Shown here one piece after another: positions 11,401 to 21,225 of a stretch of DNA of 64,000 nucleotides. The notes under the pieces are model-generated. The model was not told the origin of the DNA. It did no database searches and saw nothing but the letters and a program-made list of their open reading frames with translations. Position 1 is the first letter of the stretch. Each line of letters begins with the position of its first letter. This DNA is from Candidatus Asgardarchaeum abyssi (GTDB lineage Archaea > Asgardarchaeota > Asgardarchaeia > Asgardarchaeales > Asgardarchaeaceae): the NCBI GenBank assembly GCA_040225955.1, contig JBECUL010000002.1, positions 38,312 through 102,311 on the forward strand, written 5' to 3'. A program made the position numbers and the translations under genes.

Positions 11401-11838
11401 CCATATCAATGATCCGTTCTGGCCATTAAATGCATTTATAAAGCCACCTTTGTCCCCAACGACGATCTCCAGATTGCCATCGTTATTTATATCTCCTATT
11501 GCTGCCGATGAAAATATGGGATGTCCAGTATAATTATACCATAATATCGAACCATCTTCACCGTTTATTACGTACATTTTTCCATCGTCACCGCCGATGA
11601 CAACTTCTGGCATTCCATCATTGTCAACATCTCCTATTGTTGGTGAAGCAAGTACATGTCCTTCAGTGTTATAAATCCAAAAGGTAGCAGGCTCTTGGTA
11701 TGATGAGATTTGTTTGCTCTCCACCACGGTTGTGCTAACTAAAGGATTTAAAGCGTATGCTATCGATAATGTAGAGAATATAAGCAATAGGGTAGCTATG
11801 GTTGCCAAAAGCAGTATACCCTTTTTATGATGTTTCAT
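8491..11838 (-). CDS. Single-pass receptor-like Ser/Thr protein kinase: signal peptide, FG-GAP propeller, Ca-binding repeats, TM, PCI-like wHTH, Hanks kinase
   Basis: Likely start MKHHKKGILLL...; TM IFLPIFGVVGIGAIVVTV followed by RVMRGKGRKR; kinase motifs GVGGFATV, VALK, HRDIKPEN, SDWG, YFAPEQ, DVWQLG. Confidence 0.9.
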   Translation of the reverse strand: MKHHKKGILLLATIATLLLIFSTLSIAYALNPLVSTTVVESKQISSYQEPATFWIYNTEGHVLASPTIGDVDNDGMPEVVIGGDDGKMYVINGEDGSILWYNYTGHPIFSSAAIGDINNDGNLEIVVGDKGGFINAFNGQNGSLIWSFEIYIEVLSSPALGDINGDGWLEVVIGGGNKIYALDGETGLVLWEYETGDNVWSSPALGDIDDDGNLEVIVGSYDNFIYALNGEDGTLLWTFRTGDIIWSSPSLGDVDNDGDLDVVIGSYDWRLYAIDGKSGEELWFYATKGAIMSSPAIGDVDGDGKLEVVIGDVESDVYVVNGEDGTLLWSYSTGGYIPASPALGDVDGDDRLEVVIGSGDGGLYAFQGEDGSVLWIYKTRDCIESTPAIWDLDNDGVVEIVVGSDDNRIYALKSSSEVSFGIRTYWSCFGGDPMHNRNTRVFDPDNDFASTFSEIIFETDPYKWDTDGDGMPDGWEIFYGFNARDAGDAYDDPDRDDLTNIEEYQSYTNPYDSDSDDDDLMDGEEVEKYHTDPLNPDTDDDGIIDGWEARNGYDPLDPAVGPIEFIHFNLHIFLPIFGVVGIGAIVVTVRVMRGKGRKRILEEIATYVQKANTPIDVRETKISKLSLQDQYKLVSKHSDELIKKYHVYMGPSGVLYPESFMLSVRDNLLSEASRTIIDVRKWLAATDIRNEDIDFIISMLMSVYRVPINRDMTIVTKEGIENLKMSIASIIKNAGKISYSDLMASLQLEYMPESLPSEIFYLKDYGIITSRDMTTFYSIDYLVDYLTDYVNEIAKAYEKYRISDIADKLNIDAKEVEDILTRLIADGKIRAKISDGMLVFVEAVPAVRVPAKVEAREMPTVAVPGYKVQGVIGVGGFATVFRAIDPQGRPVALKILNVKDQEALKSFIREVAIWKTLDHPNIVRLISYGLEPLPHISMELMDGTLRNILNEKGKLDEKEALKIILDIALGLQYAHKDFYLVHRDIKPENILYKGDVYKLSDWGLGGLQTLIVTGELKGTVAYFAPEQFDPSFGNVSQWTDVWQLGAVLYEIVAGEPPFGKELNVVVNRVLREEPKRPEGISDSLWQLIKDMLKKNPTERPTMYDVISRIRAMQGR
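10595..11680 (-). repeat. Eight ~46-aa intragenic FG-GAP/PQQ-like repeats
   Basis: SPx(I/L)GD(V/I)DxDGxxEVV(I/V)G...(I/L)YA(I/L)xGxxGxxLW repeated 8 times. Confidence 0.85.
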
Positions 11839-12374
11839 TTTTCTTAAACTTTTAATACTTTTTAGGTAGACCAACATAATAATCCCTCAAAAAGAATATT
11901 TCATCTTATTTTCCTCTGAGAATCTATAATTAGCAATCCCATAGCGTCCAAGCGTGGTTGGTTTATTTCTGACTTTATGTTTCACGATCTCTAAAATAAA
12001 AAATGAAGCCAATGTTCCCATCATACCCATTGGACATGTCCATGGCTATCTACTTAATTTCCTTTTTACTACTTAAATTATTATATTATTATAATGCTTT
12101 TTCTTTATCTACTTTATATATATCTTTATGGATAAAAACTTTACTGGGCATGTATAAAAGTGTCTGCATAAAGAACTGCGAGTAACGGCTATACTCACCT
12201 ACATTTGGAAGAAAATCTAAAAACTAAAAATAGACGTAAATATTTAAGGTGGCCATTCTATTCTTCTTATGAAAACATCTTTGCCTTCAGTGTATTTTTC
12301 GAGGTATCCTTGGTTGGTAATACGATCTAATGAATTTAATTATGATTTATATGTAATTTTTCAATAGCTATGTA

Positions 12375-15257
12375 TTAAGTTGTAATCTTTAATTCCTCTA
12401 GAAACTTTTCTGGAATCCATTCAATTCTCAGTGCTTCTGACAAATTAATTTTCATTGAGCTGATACTCACAATAAGACCAAATATGCTGCTGAGTATAAG
12501 GAAGAAGACGGAGTAAAGGATACCATTAAAGAATGTTTCATTGCTAGCGAGTACAGAAGATATAAATGTCAGATCAATGCCTAATATTGGAGAAACTATA
12601 AATGTTAAAACATAGCTGAAGATAAATCCAAACAATACAGCGTAAAGTAAGGTTAAGAAAATCTCAACAAAGACAAGTTCAACTATTTTTCTTCTCTTTT
12701 CACCTATTGCTAAAAGTATGGCTATTTCTCTATTTCTTCTCTTCCCAATCACTATTAAAAGCTCCCAGAGGGCTACTGTTACTAGAACTATTGATGCCAT
12801 ATATGATGCATTAAGCTCAATAACAGTACCCCTTATTACATCTTCTTCTGTTTCATGTTTTATTTCATCAATTGTAAATCTACTAAACGACAGATCGATT
12901 TCAGAGTACTTATACTTTAATAGTGCAAGTCTATTTTTGATCTCTAAGCTTGCTCTTGTTTTATTTGAACTTTCTTTTAATCTTATGAGTAGGGTAACAC
13001 CAACATAATCTTGCAGTTTTAGTACTGTTAATATATCCGTTATTATATAGTCCAAGACTGGATAATAAAAGAAATACTCCCAATCTGAGACATCAACATG
13101 AATATTTATTCTTAAAATTGGTAGTACATGAGCCACAAATATAAACCAGGGAGAAAGGGGCTCATCTATAGTTCCAATAATTTTAATAGGTACAACCTCT
13201 TTTGTTTCATTACTTAATAATTTCAGTACATCGCCCTCTTCGAAATTATAAATCTCTTTCAAATATTCTGATGCTATTCCGTTACCAGTTCCATTTCTAA
13301 TATTGCTAAATAGCTTAGCGTACTCTTTCTCTTTCATTAATTGTCCATCCTTAGAATATACAGTCTCCAGAAAACTTTCTGGGATTATGCCTAGAATGGG
13401 ATAAGACCATATAGTTTTACCATCAAACTCTAAATCGTATAGCGAGGTAATAATAGTATATGCCTCTATATCTGATATGTTTTCAATAATATCCTGTACG
13501 ATTTCATTTATTCTTGTTAGATTATTTGATGATGGAAATGAAATGTTGATATCACTGCCAGTTAGCCAATATTCCTTTGCGTAATAAGAGGAAATATAGC
13601 TATTAAATAACGTATTTGAGGAGATACTTACCATGACTATTATTGTAAACACACCTGCTATTACTTTTGTCATAGTAGATTTATGAAAAACGTTTCTAAG
13701 ACCTATGGTTAAAGACCTTAGTGAGTTATATTTTCTGAATCTTCTTGTTAAGTGCAATAGAAGCGGCTCTAGGTATCTATAAACAATTCTAGTAGTGCCA
13801 ACAACAAGAGTAAAAGGAGAAATCAAAAACATCATACCAAATACTGTTAGTATTATTAATGTGGACAATAATCCAAATCGGTGAATGTTATCCACGTCAA
13901 GGATCATCTGAACAATTAAGGGGAATCGAAAATAAATAGCTATTATTGCGAGCGTGTAAAGAATCAGAAGAGCATCCAAATACGTTCCTTGTAGAACAGT
14001 AAAGACCCTTTTTGTGATGCCCTTTTTCTTCTCTATTGTCTTTGATATGAGAGTATTGAATGTTTTTATAAGCAAATAGATAAACACGCTAATGGTTATT
14101 GTCAATAGATAAATTCCAAGCAAATAGACATAACTCATAAACGACCTAAGAACTACAGGATATTTATAAAATCCTTGTGGGTCATAAGCCATTAGAAATA
14201 ATCGACTAGCACCAATCCCGGCAAGAATCCCAAATAGTATTCCTAAAGCGATTTGCACCGATAAATAGTTCAGAAATATGTATTTTTTAGCTCTTTTCGA
14301 AAACCCTCGAGCGGTGATGACGTTTAATTCTCGTTCCCATTTGAGATAAAATGTCTCGATGAAGAAATACTGAATAGTGTAAAAGGCAATGAAGAGAGGT
14401 ATACAGGCAAGAATAAGTCTTTGCTTGAAAAGGTTCTTCCACGCCAAAAGTTCTTCTACATGATAAAGTAGCGGAAAGTCAATAAAAACACGAACATGAT
14501 ATTTAGGATACGAAAGCTCATCGGGTAGGTTTGAAAGATGATTTGCTAGTGAGGATAGCTCATCTTTTGTTAGCTCAGGATTCTCTTTGTTAACAATTAG
14601 AGAATTATCTATGTCAGCTACAAAATTGTAAGAGTAACCAGAAGTTGCGGCAATCATATGAGCTAAGTTTACTATTGTATCAAGAGGCGCAATCGCTACA
14701 ATGTTGCTTAAACTACTTGTAAAATTGATCAAGAAAAATCCTGAAATTGTTATATTTTTTATAGATCCATAATACGTCTTAACGATTGCAAATTTATCTC
14801 CAATTTTTAGGTTATGGAGCTTTGCCAGATCGGACCGTATACATATCTTATTTTCTTGAAGTGTACCGTTAGTAAGCTTAATTTTAAGAGATTCTAATGT
14901 ACTTTCATTCTCGATACCAACGATTTCCCCATCAAATGTCATATGTATGTTATTTTCACTTGCAGGTAATTTATAGTGTATGCCTAAGCTTTTAAATTCG
15001 AAAAAGTGAGAAATGTAAAACTTTGCTGATATAGTATCTCGAACTGCAATAACTAATTTACGTTCTTGTTGAGCAATTCGGTAGTCTGAAAAAGTTACTT
15101 TAATGAATAAGTCGTTTTCTTCTTCTGGTATTGTACTTTCAGCTTTTATATAGCCAATTGAATCAACTGCCAATAAGGACCCGAAAATAACCATAGTTAT
15201 TATAATGTATGAAAATAATTGAGGACTAAATCTCAATGGGTTAAGAAGGCCCCTCAA
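12375..15257 (-). CDS. FtsX/MacB-like ABC permease (fused double permease)
   Basis: Two RELNVITARG / REIAILLAIG coupling motifs, each followed by TM clusters; large extracytoplasmic loops. Confidence 0.75.
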   Translation of the reverse strand: MRGLLNPLRFSPQLFSYIIITMVIFGSLLAVDSIGYIKAESTIPEEENDLFIKVTFSDYRIAQQERKLVIAVRDTISAKFYISHFFEFKSLGIHYKLPASENNIHMTFDGEIVGIENESTLESLKIKLTNGTLQENKICIRSDLAKLHNLKIGDKFAIVKTYYGSIKNITISGFFLINFTSSLSNIVAIAPLDTIVNLAHMIAATSGYSYNFVADIDNSLIVNKENPELTKDELSSLANHLSNLPDELSYPKYHVRVFIDFPLLYHVEELLAWKNLFKQRLILACIPLFIAFYTIQYFFIETFYLKWERELNVITARGFSKRAKKYIFLNYLSVQIALGILFGILAGIGASRLFLMAYDPQGFYKYPVVLRSFMSYVYLLGIYLLTITISVFIYLLIKTFNTLISKTIEKKKGITKRVFTVLQGTYLDALLILYTLAIIAIYFRFPLIVQMILDVDNIHRFGLLSTLIILTVFGMMFLISPFTLVVGTTRIVYRYLEPLLLHLTRRFRKYNSLRSLTIGLRNVFHKSTMTKVIAGVFTIIVMVSISSNTLFNSYISSYYAKEYWLTGSDINISFPSSNNLTRINEIVQDIIENISDIEAYTIITSLYDLEFDGKTIWSYPILGIIPESFLETVYSKDGQLMKEKEYAKLFSNIRNGTGNGIASEYLKEIYNFEEGDVLKLLSNETKEVVPIKIIGTIDEPLSPWFIFVAHVLPILRINIHVDVSDWEYFFYYPVLDYIITDILTVLKLQDYVGVTLLIRLKESSNKTRASLEIKNRLALLKYKYSEIDLSFSRFTIDEIKHETEEDVIRGTVIELNASYMASIVLVTVALWELLIVIGKRRNREIAILLAIGEKRRKIVELVFVEIFLTLLYAVLFGFIFSYVLTFIVSPILGIDLTFISSVLASNETFFNGILYSVFFLILSSIFGLIVSISSMKINLSEALRIEWIPEKFLEELKITT

Positions 15258-15476
15258 GTTTCTCCCTCAATACTTTTCTGAAAAAATAATATCCAACTTT
15301 AAGCATATTCAACACTAGATATATTATTTATGATAAATAAAAACATTATTAGATTAAATAATAATGCAATGATTGGTGATTGCTCGTTTTCTATTTACTC
15401 CTAACTGAATATTTATTAGTTGATTCCTTGAAATTCTATGTTATAGATAGGCAAGACTGGCTTTTGGTGATACCTA

Positions 15477-16349
15477 ATGTTGGTAGGCTTTATCGGACTT
15501 GGTATGATGGGTTTAAGGATGGCCAAGAGGCTATTAAATAAAGGTATACAGTTAGTTGTTTGGAATAGAAGTAAGGAGAAAATAGAACAATTAAGAAAAT
15601 TTAATATTGAGGTAGCCAGTGCACCTAAAGAGCTTGCCAGAAAAACGAAAGTTATTCTGTTAATGCTATCTGATGAGAATGCTTGTGATGAGGTTATATT
15701 TGGAGAGAATGGAATTCTTGATGGTCTATCGGAAGGCAAAGATCTTACAATAGTGAACTTCTCGACAATATCTCCAGCTTACAGTATAAACTTAGAGAGA
15801 TCACTAAAGAGTGCAGGTGTAAAATATGTGGAGGTTCCAGTATTAGGTAGTTTAAAAGAGGCAGAAGAAGGTCGTTTATTAGCTCTGATTGGTGGTGATA
15901 AAGAAACTGTAGATGAACTGAGCTCTATTCTTGATATTCTTGCTGGAAAGCGTATCTATGTAGGTAGTGTTGGTAAGGCATCCGCACTAAAGCTGACTGT
16001 TAACTCGTTGTCGTTGACAATTGTTTCTTTGTTCTGTGAGGTTCTAACTCTTGCAAGAAGTTGGGGCGTGGACGTAAACACAGTGTATGATGTTCTCAAA
16101 GAGACATGGCTTAAAGCGGTTGTGGAAAAATATGGTAGCCGGGTTCTCTCAGATGATATACCTCCAAGGTTTAAAGTTGAGTTGGCTAAGAAAGATCTTT
16201 TTTATGCTCTTAAAAGTGGCTACGAGAAGAATGTCCCTCTCTTGATAATATCATCCGCAGTACAAGTATATACAAACGCAACCAAATGCAAAGACCCTTC
16301 GAAGGACTACACAAGAAACGTGTTTAAATATTACAGCCGTTTCCTATAA
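15477..16349 (+). CDS. NAD(P)-dependent beta-hydroxyacid dehydrogenase (3-hydroxyisobutyrate DH / GarR family)
   Basis: VGFIGLGMMG Rossmann motif, WNRS, EVPVLGS, catalytic K in ALKLTVN, LAKKDL. Confidence 0.88.
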   Translation: MLVGFIGLGMMGLRMAKRLLNKGIQLVVWNRSKEKIEQLRKFNIEVASAPKELARKTKVILLMLSDENACDEVIFGENGILDGLSEGKDLTIVNFSTISPAYSINLERSLKSAGVKYVEVPVLGSLKEAEEGRLLALIGGDKETVDELSSILDILAGKRIYVGSVGKASALKLTVNSLSLTIVSLFCEVLTLARSWGVDVNTVYDVLKETWLKAVVEKYGSRVLSDDIPPRFKVELAKKDLFYALKSGYEKNVPLLIISSAVQVYTNATKCKDPSKDYTRNVFKYYSRFL

Positions 16350-16581
16350 CCTTTTCAGTTCAAAAATATCATTTTTGTCTATAACAATACTATACATTTA
16401 AACTCTTTCGATTTTTTATACCTAAAAAGTAAATTTTATATTGCTGATAAGTTAACTTTTTTGACATTGAAGTTTCCTTATCACTCACAGAGTCCGTTCA
16501 AGATTAAAAATTAATAAGTATGAAGATAGATTAAATACTATTACGCTCTTGGTAATAGACGGGAATATAGGAGGATCTGTA

Positions 16582-17136
16582 TTGAGCATCCTTCTAACCG
16601 AAAATAAGTTAAAGCTACTATACTTGATATATCTCTATACGATGAACAAGGATCCCGAAAAAGGTGAAACTTGGATCAAAGAGAATGCTTTACTTTCACT
16701 AGCACACTATTTAATCGAGAAAAACGTTTTGGACTATGACTATGCACCCCAGCTTGTGTTATGGGGAGATAAAACGAGAATTGCCAATATGTCTACACAG
16801 CTAATTCAAGAACTTAATGAATTAAGACTAACACATGTAGCCCAGATGAGAGTTGCAACAACAGATTATAGATACCTAAAGGCATATCGAATAACAAATT
16901 CCGGTGTTGAGGCTTTGAGCAAAATTCCAGATGAAGTGAAGAATGCAGTTAGGCAAGCACTTAGCTGCCCTAACTGCAATTCCTTACTCGAGATAAAGTT
17001 TAATGAGGAAAATTTAGAGCCCTTTCTATTTTGTAAAAATTGTAATTTGAAAATAAAAATAGGTTTGCTGGATATAGGTGATTACTCCTATGAGGTAAAA
17101 TCATTCAAGTTGAGGGATTTCCTAGATGACATCTAA
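16582..17136 (+). CDS. Uncharacterised protein: wHTH-like domain plus C-terminal Zn ribbon
   Basis: TTG after GGAGG; DYDYAP motif, YRITNSG wing-like motif, CPNC-x18-CKNC. Confidence 0.75.
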   Translation: MSILLTENKLKLLYLIYLYTMNKDPEKGETWIKENALLSLAHYLIEKNVLDYDYAPQLVLWGDKTRIANMSTQLIQELNELRLTHVAQMRVATTDYRYLKAYRITNSGVEALSKIPDEVKNAVRQALSCPNCNSLLEIKFNEENLEPFLFCKNCNLKIKIGLLDIGDYSYEVKSFKLRDFLDDI

Positions 17137-18565
17137 CGGAGAGGATAATAGTATAAAAATTGAGCAAGAGCCTAAGGAATTTCTGTTCTTCAAGGAACCA
17201 AAAATAATAATTTCAGAATGGTATCCTTTTGGCCCTATACAATTTGAAAGCTTCGCTAATCTTGTAATGCGTCAAGATATTCAGAGAAAGGTATTCCTAT
17301 CTCTAAGAGTAAAAGATCACCCGCAAGAAGCTTATTTCAAGACAACCAAAAAACTAGCTCAATTATTAGTTGGTCCACCTTCAAGTAAAAGCTGGAATGT
17401 TATCGAATTTGAAACTATTATGGAAATCGGTTCTAAAACACAAGTTGAGAGGATTAATGCATTAGTGATGGATTACGGATCAGTACTATACAGTATTGAG
17501 CTAGTGAAGATTGGTGAGGAACATACTTTCTTTGGCTCTGATAGGGTTGCCAGAGTAATTGCTAATTTATTTGACGATATATCCTCTTTAATGACCTCAT
17601 TACTGAGCAGCTACCAATTAAGAGCAATAAAAATAATATATCCGCAATATGAGAAAGAGGGCTTTGAGAAATCTAAAATTTTCTTGATTGCAACCAAAGA
17701 AACTAAAGCAAAGGTCAAGGACACACAAAAATTTGAAGAAGTAAACATAGAATATATGCAACTTCTTGGTAGTAGACTAAAAATAATAGAGCTCAACGAT
17801 TTAAAGATAGTAGAGGGAGAATTAGGCATAGTAGCTGAAGGAGAATACGAGAAATACCTTTCAGGACTTATATACTATTTGCAAGTTTTAGCAATAAAGC
17901 GATTTTTGAATGATTTATATTCCCGAATATGGATAATGTGGGATAACGTCATTTATATTCGAGAGGGGATATTTAAGGAAGAGGAAGAAATACTGACCCT
18001 TCTAGAAGAGCTATCAAAATTGCATAGTGACTTAAACATCTTAAGGAATATCGGTCTGCTGTTTACGCATGCTGTTTGTAGGCTTAAAGAAAAATACGAT
18101 ATTATCATAAGAAAAAGGAATGTATACACTGAAAGTATCATTAATAAACTTAGAGTGATAGACCTAATAGAAAGCTTGGAGAACCAAGTTAAAGAACTAT
18201 CGAATTTCATTGCATCGCTTATCGACGAAATAAGGAGCCTACAAATTGTTGCATCATCGTTCTTAGAAGAAGAGCATTATCAGCTGAGAAAGATCATGAC
18301 TGAAAATATCAAAAAGCAAGCAAGCATGCAAGCAGCTCTAGAAGTTATAGAAATAGTCATTATAGGCGTATATGGTTTAGAGGTAGGTCATCTCTTGGCA
18401 AATTACCTTATTTATGGGCCAGAAGCCATTCAATCAGAACATTTTCTTATGGTAATCGGTACTGGAATAATCTTCTTACTCCTAGGTATACTCATTATTC
18501 ACACTATTAGAGAACGGTATCTTGAAAAAGCAGAGATTATCAAGGAAAAAAATAAGAAGACATAG
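17126..18565 (+). CDS. Uncharacterised protein with long helical stalk and two C-terminal TMs (CorA-like architecture)
   Basis: Overlaps the upstream gene; SEWYPFG motif; heptad-rich helices; two TMs at the C-terminus. Confidence 0.7.
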   Translation: MTSNGEDNSIKIEQEPKEFLFFKEPKIIISEWYPFGPIQFESFANLVMRQDIQRKVFLSLRVKDHPQEAYFKTTKKLAQLLVGPPSSKSWNVIEFETIMEIGSKTQVERINALVMDYGSVLYSIELVKIGEEHTFFGSDRVARVIANLFDDISSLMTSLLSSYQLRAIKIIYPQYEKEGFEKSKIFLIATKETKAKVKDTQKFEEVNIEYMQLLGSRLKIIELNDLKIVEGELGIVAEGEYEKYLSGLIYYLQVLAIKRFLNDLYSRIWIMWDNVIYIREGIFKEEEEILTLLEELSKLHSDLNILRNIGLLFTHAVCRLKEKYDIIIRKRNVYTESIINKLRVIDLIESLENQVKELSNFIASLIDEIRSLQIVASSFLEEEHYQLRKIMTENIKKQASMQAALEVIEIVIIGVYGLEVGHLLANYLIYGPEAIQSEHFLMVIGTGIIFLLLGILIIHTIRERYLEKAEIIKEKNKKT

Positions 18566-18661
18566 TGACTGCTAGTGATTGCATAAAAGGAAACCTAATA
18601 ATAAATTTTTTATGAGGTATTAGAATAAACTATTATAATATACGGCTATAGGGGATCTGGC

Positions 18662-21175
18662 TTGATAATTCGTCAAGCAAAGGAAGAGGAACTCGAGGAA
18701 ATATTAAATCTCTACTATGAATCGTCAAAAGAAATACTCGGAATTGATGACATACAAGAGATGATAGAGTATGATCGTAGAATGTATGGAGAACAATATA
18801 AATTCCTATCGCTTGAGAATTTAAAAAAATGGTTCCAAGGAAATTCTCATAAACTGCTTGTTGCGGAAGTAGATGGGCAGATTGCAGGTTTCATAATTTT
18901 TCATCATATTGAAAAAAGAAATATAGGTTATATTGAGGAAATTCATGTCAAGAAGGAACATAGAGGAAAAGGAGTAGGTAGCACACTTCTGCTTGAAGCA
19001 GAAAAAAGATTATATGATGCGAACATAAAATTCATCTTCTTAGAGGCTCAAGAGAAAAGTGTTCCCTTTTTCTTGTCTAAAGAATATATTCCGCTATATC
19101 ATGAGCGAACTCTCTATATGGGCATTCTTGATTATGTGGATATGGTTAAATTTCCAGATGTTAACTTATCATCGCTAATAGGCGCAGCCCTTGAGTACTT
19201 TAAATATTCTGAAGAAGCTTCAAGTGTATTAAAGAAAGTAATCCAGAAAATTGAAGAGAATAATCTTCAATCAATTTATGCCAGTATCGCGTATCTAATT
19301 ACTTTTGCGGAGGAAGAAGACAATAGAACACAGTCTTACATTCCATTATACAAAAAAATAAAGAAAGAGACATGTAGAATACTTGGAAAAGAGTCCAAAT
19401 ATAAGAATCTCCTTGAAGCTATAGGACTTCGTATCTTGGCATATGGTGATATAGATTTAGGTAATTACAGGCGTGCAATTGATAAGCTTGAAAGAGCTAA
19501 GGTAAAACTAGAAGAAGTTTATAATATGATGAAAAAGGATATTGTTTGGAATACATATCCTTATTCGATTATTAGAGATTTTGTTCGATGTTACCTCTAC
19601 TACGTAGAGAGAATGAAGAGATTTTGTGAAGCCTATGTTCAATATGCAGAGACTGGAAATATCATTGAGGATGTAAATAGGGCCTCAGATAAGATTTTAT
19701 GTGAAGAGTTTTCAAATCAAGATACGGAGATAGATTTCTTTGAGAAAAGTATTGAATGGATTCTTAATTTTCTTAGAGTCAAGGCTCCTAGGATTCCGCC
19801 TAATAAAGTAAAATTGGATGGTACAGTATGGTTTCTTAATTTCTTCACAATTGAAAATTATGAGGAAAAATTCCCTGCGGCTCCTAAAATTAATGATTTA
19901 AGGAAAATCTTTACTGAGATTCTGGGAAAGAGGGTTGTTTTTACGGAAAATTTGATAATCTCTGAGGACATTATTCCAGAGCTTCAGAAAAAACATTTAA
20001 CAACACATGTTAGTTTGATGATTCCTAACCCAATACTCTATTGCAGAGTTATGGATAAGAGATTTTATGAAATTGCCGCATCATCTGCAATTGAAATTGT
20101 AATTTTCGGTAACGGCACTGGTATAGTTCGTTTTTCACTTAATTTTGAAGATTTAACACCTCTCGAACTCTATCATTTGACTTTTATCACAAATTCCTCA
20201 ATTTTGGAATATGACGTAAAACTTGGAGACTTTTATGTCTCATTGAAGGATTTTGAAGAAGCAGAAAATTGGAACTCATTATGGTACGCCATAAAATCGA
20301 TCCTTGACAAGTTTTCAGAGAAGATAGGAACTGGTAAGGTTCTTATGGAAAGTGAACCAATCAGCTATGTAGTTGTTAACATTCAAGACTCAAACGTGCA
20401 TGATATTAGTGTGTTAAAAGACTTTCCTGAATTATTTTCAATTGTTGATAGGGTTCAGACCGTTATGTCTGGACCATCAATTTATTTCAGAAGATACTTA
20501 ACAAATAAAGATGCATTTTCTAAGAATCTTGCCCCCCTCATAGGATTCGACGATGCAGAGATATATGCATCCAAAACGGGTTTACTACTACAAACTACTA
20601 CTATGCCACAGTGGATTGTCGATGAAATAATGGAGATTTCAACTCTTTTGACCTACCAGAGATTTTATCTTTACATAATTAGACTCATGTTAGATAAGTT
20701 TTTAACCTTCAGCCGTGAAGGCACTTCAATACGGCTTTCTGCAGAAAATGTAAATAAACTCCGAACGGAGGTTATTACTAAGCTATGGATTTTATCCAGC
20801 CCATTACCACTAAGATACAGCGAATACTTAAAGTTCATAGAAACACTAAAAGAAAGCATGGGCATTAATAATTTCGAGGCTATGATAAAGGAGCAACTTA
20901 GTGCATTGTCCAGAGTCATTGAAATCGAGCAGATTAGTGCGTTACATGACCTTCAATATCGATCTGAAGAAGAAAGAAAGATTCTTGATTATATCGCAAC
21001 CATAGTTGGTATACTCGGTGTTGGGGAAATATTATGGAGAATAATAAGCGTTATCTTTCCAGAATTCCCTGAATATACAATTGTAATAATTTATGCGATC
21101 CTGAGTATAATAGGATTAGTTATACTTAGAAGGAGCTCGGAAGTTTCAAAAGAAAGTGAAAGTACATCATTATAA
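18662..21175 (+). CDS. GNAT acetyltransferase fused to a helical region and a CorA-like 2-TM C-terminal domain
   Basis: GNAT motif A IHVKKEHRGKGVGSTLL; IVIFGNGTGIVRF strand; C-terminal helices and two TMs. Confidence 0.7.
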   Translation: MIIRQAKEEELEEILNLYYESSKEILGIDDIQEMIEYDRRMYGEQYKFLSLENLKKWFQGNSHKLLVAEVDGQIAGFIIFHHIEKRNIGYIEEIHVKKEHRGKGVGSTLLLEAEKRLYDANIKFIFLEAQEKSVPFFLSKEYIPLYHERTLYMGILDYVDMVKFPDVNLSSLIGAALEYFKYSEEASSVLKKVIQKIEENNLQSIYASIAYLITFAEEEDNRTQSYIPLYKKIKKETCRILGKESKYKNLLEAIGLRILAYGDIDLGNYRRAIDKLERAKVKLEEVYNMMKKDIVWNTYPYSIIRDFVRCYLYYVERMKRFCEAYVQYAETGNIIEDVNRASDKILCEEFSNQDTEIDFFEKSIEWILNFLRVKAPRIPPNKVKLDGTVWFLNFFTIENYEEKFPAAPKINDLRKIFTEILGKRVVFTENLIISEDIIPELQKKHLTTHVSLMIPNPILYCRVMDKRFYEIAASSAIEIVIFGNGTGIVRFSLNFEDLTPLELYHLTFITNSSILEYDVKLGDFYVSLKDFEEAENWNSLWYAIKSILDKFSEKIGTGKVLMESEPISYVVVNIQDSNVHDISVLKDFPELFSIVDRVQTVMSGPSIYFRRYLTNKDAFSKNLAPLIGFDDAEIYASKTGLLLQTTTMPQWIVDEIMEISTLLTYQRFYLYIIRLMLDKFLTFSREGTSIRLSAENVNKLRTEVITKLWILSSPLPLRYSEYLKFIETLKESMGINNFEAMIKEQLSALSRVIEIEQISALHDLQYRSEEERKILDYIATIVGILGVGEILWRIISVIFPEFPEYTIVIIYAILSIIGLVILRRSSEVSKESESTSL

Positions 21176-21225
21176 CTATAGAAAAAACTAAGTAGAGAGG
21201 CTCTAAATATGGCTAGGGAGTTAAA

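Noticed and set aside
10595-11680. Periodic DNA similarity suggesting a CRISPR-like array
   Set aside because: Degenerate ~138-nt coding repeats (FG-GAP blades); no identical repeats with unique spacers and no cas genes
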